Shown here piece after piece: positions 38,172-47,516 of a DNA stretch of 64,000 nucleotides (position 1 is its first letter; every line of letters starts with the position of its first letter). Origin of the DNA: Acutalibacteraceae bacterium. GTDB taxonomy: Bacteria; Bacillota; Clostridia; Oscillospirales; Acutalibacteraceae. Below the pieces are notes generated by a model, which was not told the DNA's origin, searched no databases, and saw only the letters and a program-made list of their open reading frames with translations. Made by a program: the position numbers and the translations under genes. Location of the stretch: NCBI GenBank assembly GCA_045614765.1, contig JAZLDN010000052.1:341-64340 (forward strand). The letters run 5' to 3'.

Positions 38172-38200
38172 TTGACTTGTAGTGTGATTTATTGTAAAAT
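38172..38200 (+). promoter_or_regulatory. sigma-A promoter
   Basis: TTGACT, 17-nt spacer, TAAAAT. Confidence 0.5.
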
Positions 38201-38214
38201 ATTATGTAACTGTA

Positions 38215-38257
38215 ATATGGCAGGAGAAATCCTGCCATATGAATATTTATTTTTTTG
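38215..38257 (+). promoter_or_regulatory. leader hairpin plus distal T-run upstream of the ABC operon
   Basis: 11-bp perfect stem atatggcagga/tcctgccatat with GAAA loop. A T7 run begins 10 nt downstream. Confidence 0.35.
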
Positions 38258-38271
38258 AAAGGCTGAAATAA

Positions 38272-38973
38272 ATGAGCTTTATTGAATTTGATTCTGTTTA
38301 CAAAAGATATAAAATGGGCGAGGTTGTTATTAACGCCGCTGATGGTGTAACCTTTAATGTTGAGCAAGGTGAATTTTGCGTTATTGTTGGTGCCAGTGGT
38401 GCCGGTAAAACAACAGTTCTTAATATTTTAGGCGGTATGGACGATTGCGACGATGGTAAGGTGCGTGTTGCAGGCGACCTTATCAATGAATATGACAGTA
38501 AGCGTCTTATTGAATACAGACGCTATGATGTAGGTTTTGTTTTCCAGTTCTATAACCTTGTGCCAAACCTTACAGCTCTTGAAAATGTTGAACTTGCAAC
38601 TCAGATTGGTACAAAGGCCCTCAATCCTGCAAAGGTTCTTGAAAGAGTAGGTCTTGCAGAACGTCTTGGTAACTTCCCTGCACAGCTCTCAGGTGGTGAG
38701 CAACAGCGTGTTTCAATTGCACGTGCGCTTGCTAAAAATCCAAAGCTCCTTTTGTGCGACGAGCCTACAGGTGCTCTTGACTATAATACCGGTAAGCAGA
38801 TTTTAAAGCTTTTACAGGATACAAGCCGCGAAACAGGTATGACAGTTATAGTTATTACTCATAACCAGGCTCTTACACCAATGGCAGACAGAGTTATTTC
38901 AATGAAGAGCGGTAGAGTGGTAGATATAACTACCAATGAAAATCCAATGTCTATCGAAGACATCGAATGGTAA
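38272..38973 (+). CDS. ABC transporter ATP-binding protein (MacB/FtsE/LolD class)
   Basis: Walker A 'GASGAGKTT', signature 'LSGGEQQRV', Walker B 'LLLCDEPT'. Confidence 0.95.
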   Translation: MSFIEFDSVYKRYKMGEVVINAADGVTFNVEQGEFCVIVGASGAGKTTVLNILGGMDDCDDGKVRVAGDLINEYDSKRLIEYRRYDVGFVFQFYNLVPNLTALENVELATQIGTKALNPAKVLERVGLAERLGNFPAQLSGGEQQRVSIARALAKNPKLLLCDEPTGALDYNTGKQILKLLQDTSRETGMTVIVITHNQALTPMADRVISMKSGRVVDITTNENPMSIEDIEW

Positions 38974-39002
38974 CTTAAGGATAACTGAAAGGAAATATAA
39001 AA

Positions 39003-42000
39003 ATGACAAATTCCTATATTACAGACAGTTTCCGTTCGATACAGCGCTCTTTCAGCAGATTTGTATCAATTATTGCAATAGTTGCAATGGGAAGCGGTTT
39101 GTTCTGCGGTCTTAATGCCATAGGTCCGGATATGGTGGACACCGCAAATACATATTACGATGAATATAATCTTATGGACCTTCGTCTTCAGTCTTACCTT
39201 GGTCTTTACGACGAAGAGCTTGAAAAGGTCCGTCAGATAGAAGGTGTAGAAGCAGTACAAGGTGTTAAGTTTGTTGACGGTTATGTACAAACTCCCAACG
39301 ATAAGGGCGAGTACGAAGGTATCGTTGATATTGATGGTTCTGAAATGACCATAAAAGTTACAGGTCTGGACCTTATGACTGCGGTTAATTTCCAGAATGG
39401 CGAAGATAACCCTAACTATATAAACAGACTCAAATTAATTGAAGGCCGTTACCCCGAATCTCCTAATGAGTGCGTTGTTACATGTAGCGGTCTCACAACA
39501 CCTGAACAGTTTAAAATAGGCAATACCCTCAAAATCAGGGGTGATGACGAAGATATAGGTTATTATCTAAAAAATAATATCCTTACTATCGTTGGTGTTA
39601 TTCAGACTCCTTATTGGGTTTCCTATGAGCGCGGTGTTACCACCGCAGGTAGCGGTAAGCTTGGTGACTTTATTTATGTTAGTAACGATGCTTTTACTGA
39701 AAATATTACATACTACAGTGAAGCATATATTACCCTTGAAGGTGCAGACCAGTATGAGGCATATTCAAAGGAATATGATGAGTTTGTTGAGTCTATGCAA
39801 CAGAAAATTGCTGCAGAGGCAGAAAAACTCTCTGCGGAAAGCAGAAACAGACTTATTATAGGTCTTCCTCAGAAGGTTGCATCTGCAAAGCAGCAAATAG
39901 ATATTGCAGAATCTACTGTTGGCGGAGCTCTTGAAGAGGGTAGAGCACAGCTTGAAGAGCTTTATGAGCTTGAAAAAACAGGTGCAAAGCAGCTTGAAGA
40001 GGCTCAGAAAACTATGGATGAAGAATATGCCAAGGTTCAGGGTCAGCTTCAGGATGGTAGTAATCAATATGTTGCCGCAGTTAATGAGTATAATGCGAGA
40101 ATTACTCAGTTTTCACAAAGTCAGGTTACTCTTGCTAATAAACAATCAGAATATAATGCAAAGAAAATGGAAGCTGATTCCGCAAGAGATAAACTTAATG
40201 AAGCAAAGCTTCAGTTAACAGTTGCAGAAAAAGAAATTAAGTATACAGAAACACTTGTTGAAACTGCATCAGGTACGCTAAAAACCCTTGAGGAGAATCA
40301 GAATGTTGCTCAGGATGATCTTCTTCTCGACCAGATGGCAGAAAGATTAGAGGAAACAAACCCGGAGCTTGCTAAAATTCTCAAGTCTGCCTCAAACCTT
40401 ACTGCTCAGGGTATGGCAGCAGATGCTATTGTTGAGGTTGAACAGCTTCTTGACCAATATAATTCAGAGCTTGCGGTTGCAAAGCAACAGTATGCAGAAG
40501 GCAAATCAGAGTACGATGTAAATAACGCAGAATGTACAGCTGCAGAGCAGAAGCTTGCTGATGCAAAGGCTCAGCTTGATGCGGCTCAATCTGAGCTTGA
40601 TAAAGCAGAAAAACAGCTTCAGGAATATAAAACTCAGATAGAAGCAAGCGGTGATCAGCTTCAGTACGGCTCAATTGAAGCCCAGACAAAATATATGACT
40701 GCTCAGGCAACTCTTGCTCTTAAAATGACCCAATATCAGAATATACAGGCTATTATTGAGCAGGCAGAAAAAACCTTTGCAGAAAAAGAAGAACTTGTAA
40801 ATTCTAAAATAGGTGTTGCCCGCACTGCATACAATAAAGGTGCAGGCCTTATTGAAAACATCAATGAAGGCGTGGGTTGGAGCGTTTATACAAGGCATGA
40901 TAACCCTGGTTATACCGGCTACGGTCAGGCGGCAGATAATATGATTCGCCTTGCCTATATTTTCCCGACTCTTTTCTTCATAGTATCAACAATGGTTTGC
41001 CTTACAACTATGACGCGTATGGTTGAAGAAGAAAGAACTCAGTTGGGTACTCTTAAAGCGTTAGGTTATTCTAACAAAATGATTGCAAGTAAGTATCTTC
41101 TTTATGCAGGTCTTGCTAGTGGTGTAGGTGTAATATTTGGTATTGCTCTTGGTTTTACTGCAGTCCCGAAAATTCTTGCGGCTGCATGGGGTATTATGTA
41201 TGAGATGCCGGATCTTATTGCTTCGTTTATGCCTCTCTTCCTCGTTTTAGGTGTAGTACTTTCAATAGGTACAACCAGCTTTGCAACATATTATGCTTGC
41301 TATAAAGAGCTTGCCTCTGTTCCGGCAGTTCTTATGAGGCCAAAGGCCCCTAAAGCAGGTAAGAGAGTATTTCTTGAAAAGGTTGATTTTATCTGGTCAA
41401 GGCTTAGCTTTACAGGTAAGGTTACAGTAAGAAATCTTTTCAGAAACAAAAAGCGTTTTGCAGTTACAGTTATAGGTATCGCAGGTTGTACAGCGCTTCT
41501 TCTTGCCGCATGTGGTCTTCGTGATGCAATAAGCGGTGTTATTGATAATCAGTATGGTAAGGGAACGGGTATCGCTCAGTACGATCTTCAGGTTGTTCTT
41601 AAGGAGGGTCAGGCAAATTATAACGATAGCCAGATGGTAGCTCAGATTAACGGCTACGAAAATGTTGAAGAATCAATGCTCGGTTATCTCAAGGTTTGTC
41701 ATGGGTATTCTGATAGAACAGACAAGGAAATGGAAATTGACATTCTCATTCCTGAAAATCCTGATGTAATGAAAAATTTCATTAACCTTCGTAAAGGTGA
41801 TGAAATTATTCCATATACAAATGAAGGCGCAATAATAACAAAAAAACTTGCAAGTAAAACCGATACAAAAATTGGGGATCCTATTACAATTTCATGGACA
41901 GAGGGTTCAAAAACAGTTGAGTATCAGGTTACGGTTGCAGATATTGTTGATAACTACGCTTTCCATTATGTTTATATGACACCTGCATACTATCAGCAGG

Positions 42001-42569
42001 TTACTGGTGCGGTGCTTGATTATAATTACCTGTTCTGTAAGTTGTCTGAGGATATAACATCAGAGCAAAAGGTACAGCTTGAAAAAGAAATCAATAATAT
42101 CAAGGGTGTAAACGGTTCTGTTTATACTACAGTTGTTATTGACAACTTTGCAAATATTGTTAACACTCTTAATATGGTTATTATGTTATTTATAATTGCT
42201 GCCATGGCGCTTGCTATTGTTGTTCTTTATAACCTTAATAACATCAACGTTAATGAGCGTATTCGAGAGCTTGCAACTCTTAAGGTTCTTGGTTTCTATA
42301 ATGGTGAGGTTTCTGCGTATATATATCGCGAAAACATATTCCTTACAATTATTGGTATTGCTGCAGGTCTTGTGCTTGGCATACCTCTTAATATAGCCGT
42401 TGTAGGCGTTGTTGATATTGATACGCTTACATTCAAAACTGATCTTGAGCCACAGAGCTTTATTATTGCTGCTGTAGCAACTGCAGTATTTGCAGTAATC
42501 GTTAACCTTATTATGCACTTCAAGCTGAAGAAGATAAGCATGGTAGAATCGCTTAAATCAGTTGAATAA
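39003..42569 (+). CDS. 1188-aa FtsX/MacB-type ABC permease with two FtsX TM bundles and a ~370-aa coiled-coil insertion
   Basis: TM1 lies near aa 20-40. An A/E/Q/K-rich heptad-like region spans about aa 255-625 (nt ~39765-40877). The FtsX-like segment 'EERTQLGTLKALGY' and a second copy 'ERIRELATLKVLGF' each precede TM clusters. Confidence 0.85.
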   Translation: MTNSYITDSFRSIQRSFSRFVSIIAIVAMGSGLFCGLNAIGPDMVDTANTYYDEYNLMDLRLQSYLGLYDEELEKVRQIEGVEAVQGVKFVDGYVQTPNDKGEYEGIVDIDGSEMTIKVTGLDLMTAVNFQNGEDNPNYINRLKLIEGRYPESPNECVVTCSGLTTPEQFKIGNTLKIRGDDEDIGYYLKNNILTIVGVIQTPYWVSYERGVTTAGSGKLGDFIYVSNDAFTENITYYSEAYITLEGADQYEAYSKEYDEFVESMQQKIAAEAEKLSAESRNRLIIGLPQKVASAKQQIDIAESTVGGALEEGRAQLEELYELEKTGAKQLEEAQKTMDEEYAKVQGQLQDGSNQYVAAVNEYNARITQFSQSQVTLANKQSEYNAKKMEADSARDKLNEAKLQLTVAEKEIKYTETLVETASGTLKTLEENQNVAQDDLLLDQMAERLEETNPELAKILKSASNLTAQGMAADAIVEVEQLLDQYNSELAVAKQQYAEGKSEYDVNNAECTAAEQKLADAKAQLDAAQSELDKAEKQLQEYKTQIEASGDQLQYGSIEAQTKYMTAQATLALKMTQYQNIQAIIEQAEKTFAEKEELVNSKIGVARTAYNKGAGLIENINEGVGWSVYTRHDNPGYTGYGQAADNMIRLAYIFPTLFFIVSTMVCLTTMTRMVEEERTQLGTLKALGYSNKMIASKYLLYAGLASGVGVIFGIALGFTAVPKILAAAWGIMYEMPDLIASFMPLFLVLGVVLSIGTTSFATYYACYKELASVPAVLMRPKAPKAGKRVFLEKVDFIWSRLSFTGKVTVRNLFRNKKRFAVTVIGIAGCTALLLAACGLRDAISGVIDNQYGKGTGIAQYDLQVVLKEGQANYNDSQMVAQINGYENVEESMLGYLKVCHGYSDRTDKEMEIDILIPENPDVMKNFINLRKGDEIIPYTNEGAIITKKLASKTDTKIGDPITISWTEGSKTVEYQVTVADIVDNYAFHYVYMTPAYYQQVTGAVLDYNYLFCKLSEDITSEQKVQLEKEINNIKGVNGSVYTTVVIDNFANIVNTLNMVIMLFIIAAMALAIVVLYNLNNINVNERIRELATLKVLGFYNGEVSAYIYRENIFLTIIGIAAGLVLGIPLNIAVVGVVDIDTLTFKTDLEPQSFIIAAVATAVFAVIVNLIMHFKLKKISMVESLKSVE

Positions 42570-42573
42570 ACTA

Positions 42574-42608
42574 AACAGCCTTCCGTGGAAAACGGAAGGC
42601 TGTTTTTT
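42574..42608 (+). terminator. rho-independent terminator
   Basis: Stem acagccttccg/cggaaggctgt, then TTTTTT. Confidence 0.85.
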
Positions 42609-42721
42609 ATAAGGAATGAGGAATTGAGGGGAAGCTTCACTTTCGAATATTGTAAGCGTCGCCTTGCTTTTTCTTCTTGCGAAGCGCTGGTATCTGGCAT
42701 CAGGCGACTAGCATCTTAGTT

Positions 42722-42742
42722 TTGCACTTTGCACTTCGCACT
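42722..42742. repeat. three tandem heptamers T(T/C)GCACT abutting the TetR-family gene stop codon
   Basis: ttgcact ttgcact tcgcact. Confidence 0.6.
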
Positions 42743-43350
42743 TAATTGCTATGTCCGTAAAGCTGCTTTGTCTTATATGACCCATTAAGATAAATATGAG
42801 CGCAGAATTCTGCAAGCTCATGAGGAGGAATTTTCATACCCTCATCCATCCAGTCAATCATAATTCCAACCATAGCATTCAGTATGTAGTTGGTGGAGTA
42901 TCTTGCAGGATTGTTAACATCAAAAACTTCCTTGGAGTTAGGAATGTTATTAAGCATTAAGGTCTGAATTTGTTTATAAAGCTGATTGTTAGTATCATTC
43001 TTTATAATGAATTTAACAAGTGTCTCGTGTTCCTTGCAGTAAGTAAGCAGGCTTTCGGCATAGTCAGTAAAGCCTTCTATAGTGGTAATAGATGGTGTTG
43101 ATTCACTTATAACCTCTTTAAAAGACTGGTATGCTTCATTCTGAATCTGCTGGAGCATATCAAGTAGATCCGTGTAGTAAAAATAGAATGTTGCTCTGTT
43201 AACATCTGCAAGTGTTGTAAGCTCAGTTACAGATATTTCTGTTATAGGCTTCTTTTCAAGAAGATAAAGGAGAGCGTCTCTCAACGCTTTTTTCGTTCTT
43301 TTTACGCGTCTGTCGGTATTGTTGAGACTGCGCTTTTTTTCGTATGCCAA
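42742..43350 (-). CDS. TetR/AcrR-family transcriptional regulator
   Basis: N-terminal HTH 'ITEISVTELTTLADVNRATFYFYY'. TTG start. Confidence 0.85.
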   Translation of the reverse strand: MAYEKKRSLNNTDRRVKRTKKALRDALLYLLEKKPITEISVTELTTLADVNRATFYFYYTDLLDMLQQIQNEAYQSFKEVISESTPSITTIEGFTDYAESLLTYCKEHETLVKFIIKNDTNNQLYKQIQTLMLNNIPNSKEVFDVNNPARYSTNYILNAMVGIMIDWMDEGMKIPPHELAEFCAHIYLNGSYKTKQLYGHSN

Positions 43351-43426
43351 TTTCCTACAACCTTTCGCTATTTTGTATGATAATTGACATTATATTAGCA
43401 TAAAGTAACATAAAATGCAAGAACAA

Positions 43427-43465
43427 CAAAAAATGATGCTTTCGTACAGAAAGCATCATTTAAAA
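43427..43465 (-). terminator. rho-independent terminator downstream of nfo
   Basis: Stem aatgatgctttc/gaaagcatcatt with flanking A/T runs. Confidence 0.75.
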
Positions 43466-43467
43466 TT

Positions 43468-44298
43468 TTATTTGTAGAGAGATTTCAATAACTCTATTTC
43501 CTTTTGATAGCCGTCAATGTCGTTTGGTGTTTCGAGGAAGAAAGGAATTTCACGAAGAAGTGGATGGTTTATGATGCGGGTTATTGCCTCAATACCAAGG
43601 CTACCGCCACCTATTATTTCATGTCTGTCTTTGTGAGAAGCAAAAGGATTTTTTGAATCGTTAAGGTGGATTGCTTTAAGTCTATCAAGACCAATAATAT
43701 CATCAAACTCCTTCAACACACCGTCAAGGTTATTAACTATATCATATCCGCCATCGTAAACGTGGCAGGTATCAAGACAAACACCAAGTTTTTCTTTAAG
43801 CTCAACCTTATCAATAATTGCTTTTATTTCTTCAAAGCTTCTGCCTACCTCGCTACCTTTACCTGCCATTGTTTCGAGGAGTATGGTGGTAGTCTGCTCT
43901 TTTTTCAGAACTGAATTAAGCATATCTGCTATAAGCTGAATTCCGACTTCCGCACCTTGTTGAACGTGGCTTCCCGGATGAAAGTTATATAAAGCACCTT
44001 CAATATGGTCAAGTCGCATAATATCGTCTGCCATAGTGTTTTTGGCAAACTCTCTCAAGCCCTCATCCTTAGCGCAGGCGTTCATAGTATATGGCGCGTG
44101 AGCAAGTACACTTACAATACCGTTTTCTTTTCTGTATTTTTCGAAAGCCTTTATATCGTCTAAATCAAGTGGTTTTGCCTGACCACCTCTTGGATTGCGG
44201 GTAAAAAACTGAAAATCGTTAGCACCGATTCTCCCTGCTTCCTTACCCATGGCAAGGTATCCGCCTGAGCTTGATAAATGACATCCTATTTTAAACAT
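43468..44298 (-). CDS. nfo: deoxyribonuclease IV (endonuclease IV)
   Basis: 'AHAPY', 'FHPG', 'LETMAGKG', 'CLDTCH' and 'IHLNDSK' motifs. Confidence 0.95.
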   Translation of the reverse strand: MFKIGCHLSSSGGYLAMGKEAGRIGANDFQFFTRNPRGGQAKPLDLDDIKAFEKYRKENGIVSVLAHAPYTMNACAKDEGLREFAKNTMADDIMRLDHIEGALYNFHPGSHVQQGAEVGIQLIADMLNSVLKKEQTTTILLETMAGKGSEVGRSFEEIKAIIDKVELKEKLGVCLDTCHVYDGGYDIVNNLDGVLKEFDDIIGLDRLKAIHLNDSKNPFASHKDRHEIIGGGSLGIEAITRIINHPLLREIPFFLETPNDIDGYQKEIELLKSLYK

Positions 44299-44310
44299 AA
44301 AAATCTCCTG

Positions 44311-45555
44311 TTAGCTAAGTTTGTGAATAAATAATCCGCTGAGAAGTTTTGGCTCAAACCAAGTGGATTTTGGAGGCATAATCATATTTGCATCTGCAAT
44401 AGCCATTAAATCCTCAAGGGTAGTCGGATACATTGAAAATGCAACGCTGAAGCCACCATTTACAAGTCTTTCAAGCTCTCCGAGACCGCGAATACCGCCA
44501 ATGAAATCAATTCTCTTATCTGTTCGTGGGTCGCCTATATTAAGAATAGGTGTAAGAAGATTTTTTTGAAGGATTGAAACATCTAACTGGTCTACAGGAT
44601 TATTCTCGTCGAATGTGCCAGCTTTAGCAGTGAGTTTGTACCACTTTCCATCAAGATACATACCGAAGGTGTGCTTTTCTTCAGGGTGATATGCACCGGT
44701 GCTAGCACTTTCTTCAACTACAAATTTATCAGAAATTTTCTCAATAAATTCAGCTTCTGTGTTGCCGTTAAGATCTTTAACAACTCTGTTGTAGTCCATA
44801 ATTTCAAGCTCATCTGCAGGGAAGAGGACAGCAAGGAAGAAGTTGAATTCCTCGGTACCATTAAAGCAAGGATTTGCTTCTCGTCTCATTTTTGCAACAT
44901 TTACAGCAGATGCGCATCGGTGGTGTCCGTCTGCAATGTAAAAATCACCTGCATCTGCAAGGAGTGCTGAAAGCTTTTTGCAGTCTTCTGCATTATTTAT
45001 TACCCAAACAGTGTTTGAAATTCCATCATCTGTAACAAAATCATATTCAGGTTCATTTTCTGTATATTTATTGATTATTGCAGAGATTTCTTCCTGACCC
45101 TTGTAGCAAAGGAAAATAGGGCCAGTGTTTGCATTGCATGTATCAACATGTCTTATTCTGTCAGCTTCTTTGTCAGCGCGGGTAAGCTCATGCTTTTTAA
45201 TGCGGTTTTCAATATAATCATCAACCCATGCACAGCCTACAAGACCTGTTTGCTCTCTTCCGTTCATAATCTGACGATAAACGTAAAAACAAGGTGTATC
45301 ATCGTTTGCCATAATTCCCTGAGCTTCAGCATTTTTAAGATTTTCTTTTGCTTTAGCATATACCTCGTCGCTATAAAGGTATGTTCCTTCAGGTAAATCA
45401 ATTTCTGCTTTATCTATATGAAGGAAAGAGTAAGGATTACCCTTAACCATTTCCTTAGCTTCTTCGCTGTTCATAACATCGTAGGGGAGAGCCGCTACTT
45501 TAGCCGCGTATTCTTTAGTTGGTCTTAATGCTTTGAATGGTCTGAAAACTGCCAT
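44311..45555 (-). CDS. DUF1015 domain-containing protein
   Basis: 'FRPFKALRP' N-terminus and 'IADGHHR' motif. AGGAGG RBS before the ATG at 45555. Confidence 0.8.
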   Translation of the reverse strand: MAVFRPFKALRPTKEYAAKVAALPYDVMNSEEAKEMVKGNPYSFLHIDKAEIDLPEGTYLYSDEVYAKAKENLKNAEAQGIMANDDTPCFYVYRQIMNGREQTGLVGCAWVDDYIENRIKKHELTRADKEADRIRHVDTCNANTGPIFLCYKGQEEISAIINKYTENEPEYDFVTDDGISNTVWVINNAEDCKKLSALLADAGDFYIADGHHRCASAVNVAKMRREANPCFNGTEEFNFFLAVLFPADELEIMDYNRVVKDLNGNTEAEFIEKISDKFVVEESASTGAYHPEEKHTFGMYLDGKWYKLTAKAGTFDENNPVDQLDVSILQKNLLTPILNIGDPRTDKRIDFIGGIRGLGELERLVNGGFSVAFSMYPTTLEDLMAIADANMIMPPKSTWFEPKLLSGLFIHKLS

Positions 45556-45681
45556 AATGAGCCTCCTGAAAAAGAGTTTTTTACTATATAATTTTACTTT
45601 ATCCAATGCTTTCTTGTCAATATATTATTGAATTTTACCATGCTGTATGCTACTATAAAAATAGAAAGGTATTGAATATAA

Positions 45682-46383
45682 ATGAATAATAAAACGAACT
45701 TAGAAAGACTGATGAAATACATCAGCAACTTAACTCTTAATAATAATCGTACATGGTTTCACGAAACCCATGAAGAATATGAAGCAGTGCGTAAGGATTT
45801 TCTTGCATTTCTTGATATGTTCCGTTTTAAACTTAGTAAAGAAGCGGAGGATATTGGGAAATCAATAATGTATATGGAGCCAAGGGAATGGATGTATCGC
45901 GTTGCCCGAGATATGCGTTTCCATAAAAACGGGCCGCCATATAACCCTGCGTTCAGGGCATATATTGCAGCCGACAGAAAATCCTGGCATCCTATTGGTT
46001 ATTTTCTGAGGATTTACCCAGGCGATAGTTGCTTTGGTACAGGTCTTTGGTGCGACAGTACAGTGAAGATGTACAGTGTAAGAAAGTATATTTCTCTTCA
46101 TTACGACGAGTTTCTCGAAGCCCTTAATAAGGGTGGTATATCTGTTCACGGAGAAAGCCTTAAATCAATGCCTCGCGGTTTTTCTGCAGATGATCCTGCT
46201 GCCAAGTATATTAAGCTTAAAAGCTGGACTATGATGGTGCATATTCCTGATAGCGATATTACAAATTTCGAAGAGCTTTCAGATGTTCTCATATTCTATG
46301 TCCGCAAAATGGAGCCTATGAGGCAGTTCCTTCTTAAAGCGGCTAACTTCGTTGATAACGGCAGACCTGAGTTCGAATGGTAA
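45682..46383 (+). CDS. DUF2461 (TIGR02453) family protein
   Basis: 'NNNRTWFHETHEEY' N-terminal signature. About 230 aa. Confidence 0.7.
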   Translation: MNNKTNLERLMKYISNLTLNNNRTWFHETHEEYEAVRKDFLAFLDMFRFKLSKEAEDIGKSIMYMEPREWMYRVARDMRFHKNGPPYNPAFRAYIAADRKSWHPIGYFLRIYPGDSCFGTGLWCDSTVKMYSVRKYISLHYDEFLEALNKGGISVHGESLKSMPRGFSADDPAAKYIKLKSWTMMVHIPDSDITNFEELSDVLIFYVRKMEPMRQFLLKAANFVDNGRPEFEW

Positions 46384-46390
46384 AAATATA

Positions 46391-46426
46391 GAGCAAGTCA
46401 ATCATATTGACTTGCTCCTTTTTTAT
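46391..46426. terminator. bidirectional rho-independent terminator
   Basis: 12-bp stem gagcaagtcaat/attgacttgctc. Confidence 0.8.
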
Positions 46427-47500
46427 TTATGAAATTGTTGTCTGGCTCTGGTTCTTTGTTGGTACAAGAGCGATATAGCTTCTGCCTTGATTGAGTGAAA
46501 GCTCGTTGCCGTCTGAACCATAGAACTTCATAATATCTGAGTAATCGCCTTTTTCCCAGGTGATGTTTTCATATGTACCGTTTGAAATGTACACGCCACT
46601 ACCTTTTGAAAGGTCGTATGCAATTCTCTTACTGTCTATCATAGATGTTGAAGAGTAAACAATAATGATATTTGTGAAGCTTTGCTGAGTACCATTATCA
46701 TCTTTGAAATCTCTGCCGTTAAGTGAGCTGAGATAAACCTTGTTTTCTGCATCATATGTGTAATTGTATGTGTAGCTTGATGAGAAAGGTACTGAAACAG
46801 CTGTGCAAGCACCGCCTGAAAGAGTTACAGGAGACTGGTTGAACTTGAAAGGCTTGTCCTTTCCTTCTTCCGCAGTTGTTCTGAAATCTTTTTTATCAAT
46901 GTTATTAATAACATCCTCTTTTGTTGTGTATGCAGTGTGCTCTGAAGCAACGTTTCTTGATCTGTCTCTATGGAAACCACTGTCGCTCATACCATCAATA
47001 TGGTTTGTTCCGTGGTTATCAAGGGCGTTGTAACCCTGAGGGCTTCCGCCAAAGTGAACGAATATAGAATCGAAGCCTTCTGCTATTTCAACAAAATAGT
47101 GGCGAGCGCTTCTTGTAGGGCCTATTTTATCAGGAAGGCGAGAAGCGTCTGCAAACATGCAAAGCATTCTTGTGATACCGCCTTCTGCAAGAAGTTCCCA
47201 TACAATATCTGCAGAAGCAATACCCCACTGTGGTCTTGCATCAGGGTGGTTTTCTACAGAAACAAGAACTGAACGGTTACCAATTAATTCTTCAGGATAA
47301 CCTACTTCGCCTGTAAGAGGGTTAACATTCTGAGGAACAGGTGGTAAGGTTGTTGCTTCTGTTAAGGGTTCTGCAGTGGTAGTAGGTTCCTCTTCCTTTT
47401 TACCGCAACCCACAAAACTGCCGATTATTAAAATAAGCGCCATTACAAGGGAAAGTGCTTTTGTAATTTTTTTGTTTTTGATTTTTGCCAATTTTCTCAT
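46427..47500 (-). CDS. DUF3048 (YerB-like) lipoprotein
   Basis: Lipobox 'FVGC'. 'NPLTGE...VSVENHPDARPQWG' is typical of DUF3048. Confidence 0.75.
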   Translation of the reverse strand: MRKLAKIKNKKITKALSLVMALILIIGSFVGCGKKEEEPTTTAEPLTEATTLPPVPQNVNPLTGEVGYPEELIGNRSVLVSVENHPDARPQWGIASADIVWELLAEGGITRMLCMFADASRLPDKIGPTRSARHYFVEIAEGFDSIFVHFGGSPQGYNALDNHGTNHIDGMSDSGFHRDRSRNVASEHTAYTTKEDVINNIDKKDFRTTAEEGKDKPFKFNQSPVTLSGGACTAVSVPFSSSYTYNYTYDAENKVYLSSLNGRDFKDDNGTQQSFTNIIIVYSSTSMIDSKRIAYDLSKGSGVYISNGTYENITWEKGDYSDIMKFYGSDGNELSLNQGRSYIALVPTKNQSQTTIS

Positions 47501-47516
47501 TCCTTTAGAGGTAATT

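Noticed and set aside
39592-40898. Cluster of 75-104-aa ORFs on both strands within the permease gene
   Set aside because: They result from the biased A/E/Q/K codon composition of the coiled-coil region. None has an RBS.
42296-42700. 134-aa minus-strand ORF spanning the permease 3' end, its terminator and the spacer
   Set aside because: It runs antisense through a strong terminator hairpin, has no SD and has no recognisable motif.
43360-43400. AT-rich inverted repeat (ATAAT-TGAC-ATTAT) in the TetR-family gene promoter as a possible operator
   Set aside because: The arms are only 5 bp in very AT-rich DNA, so this cannot be told apart from chance.
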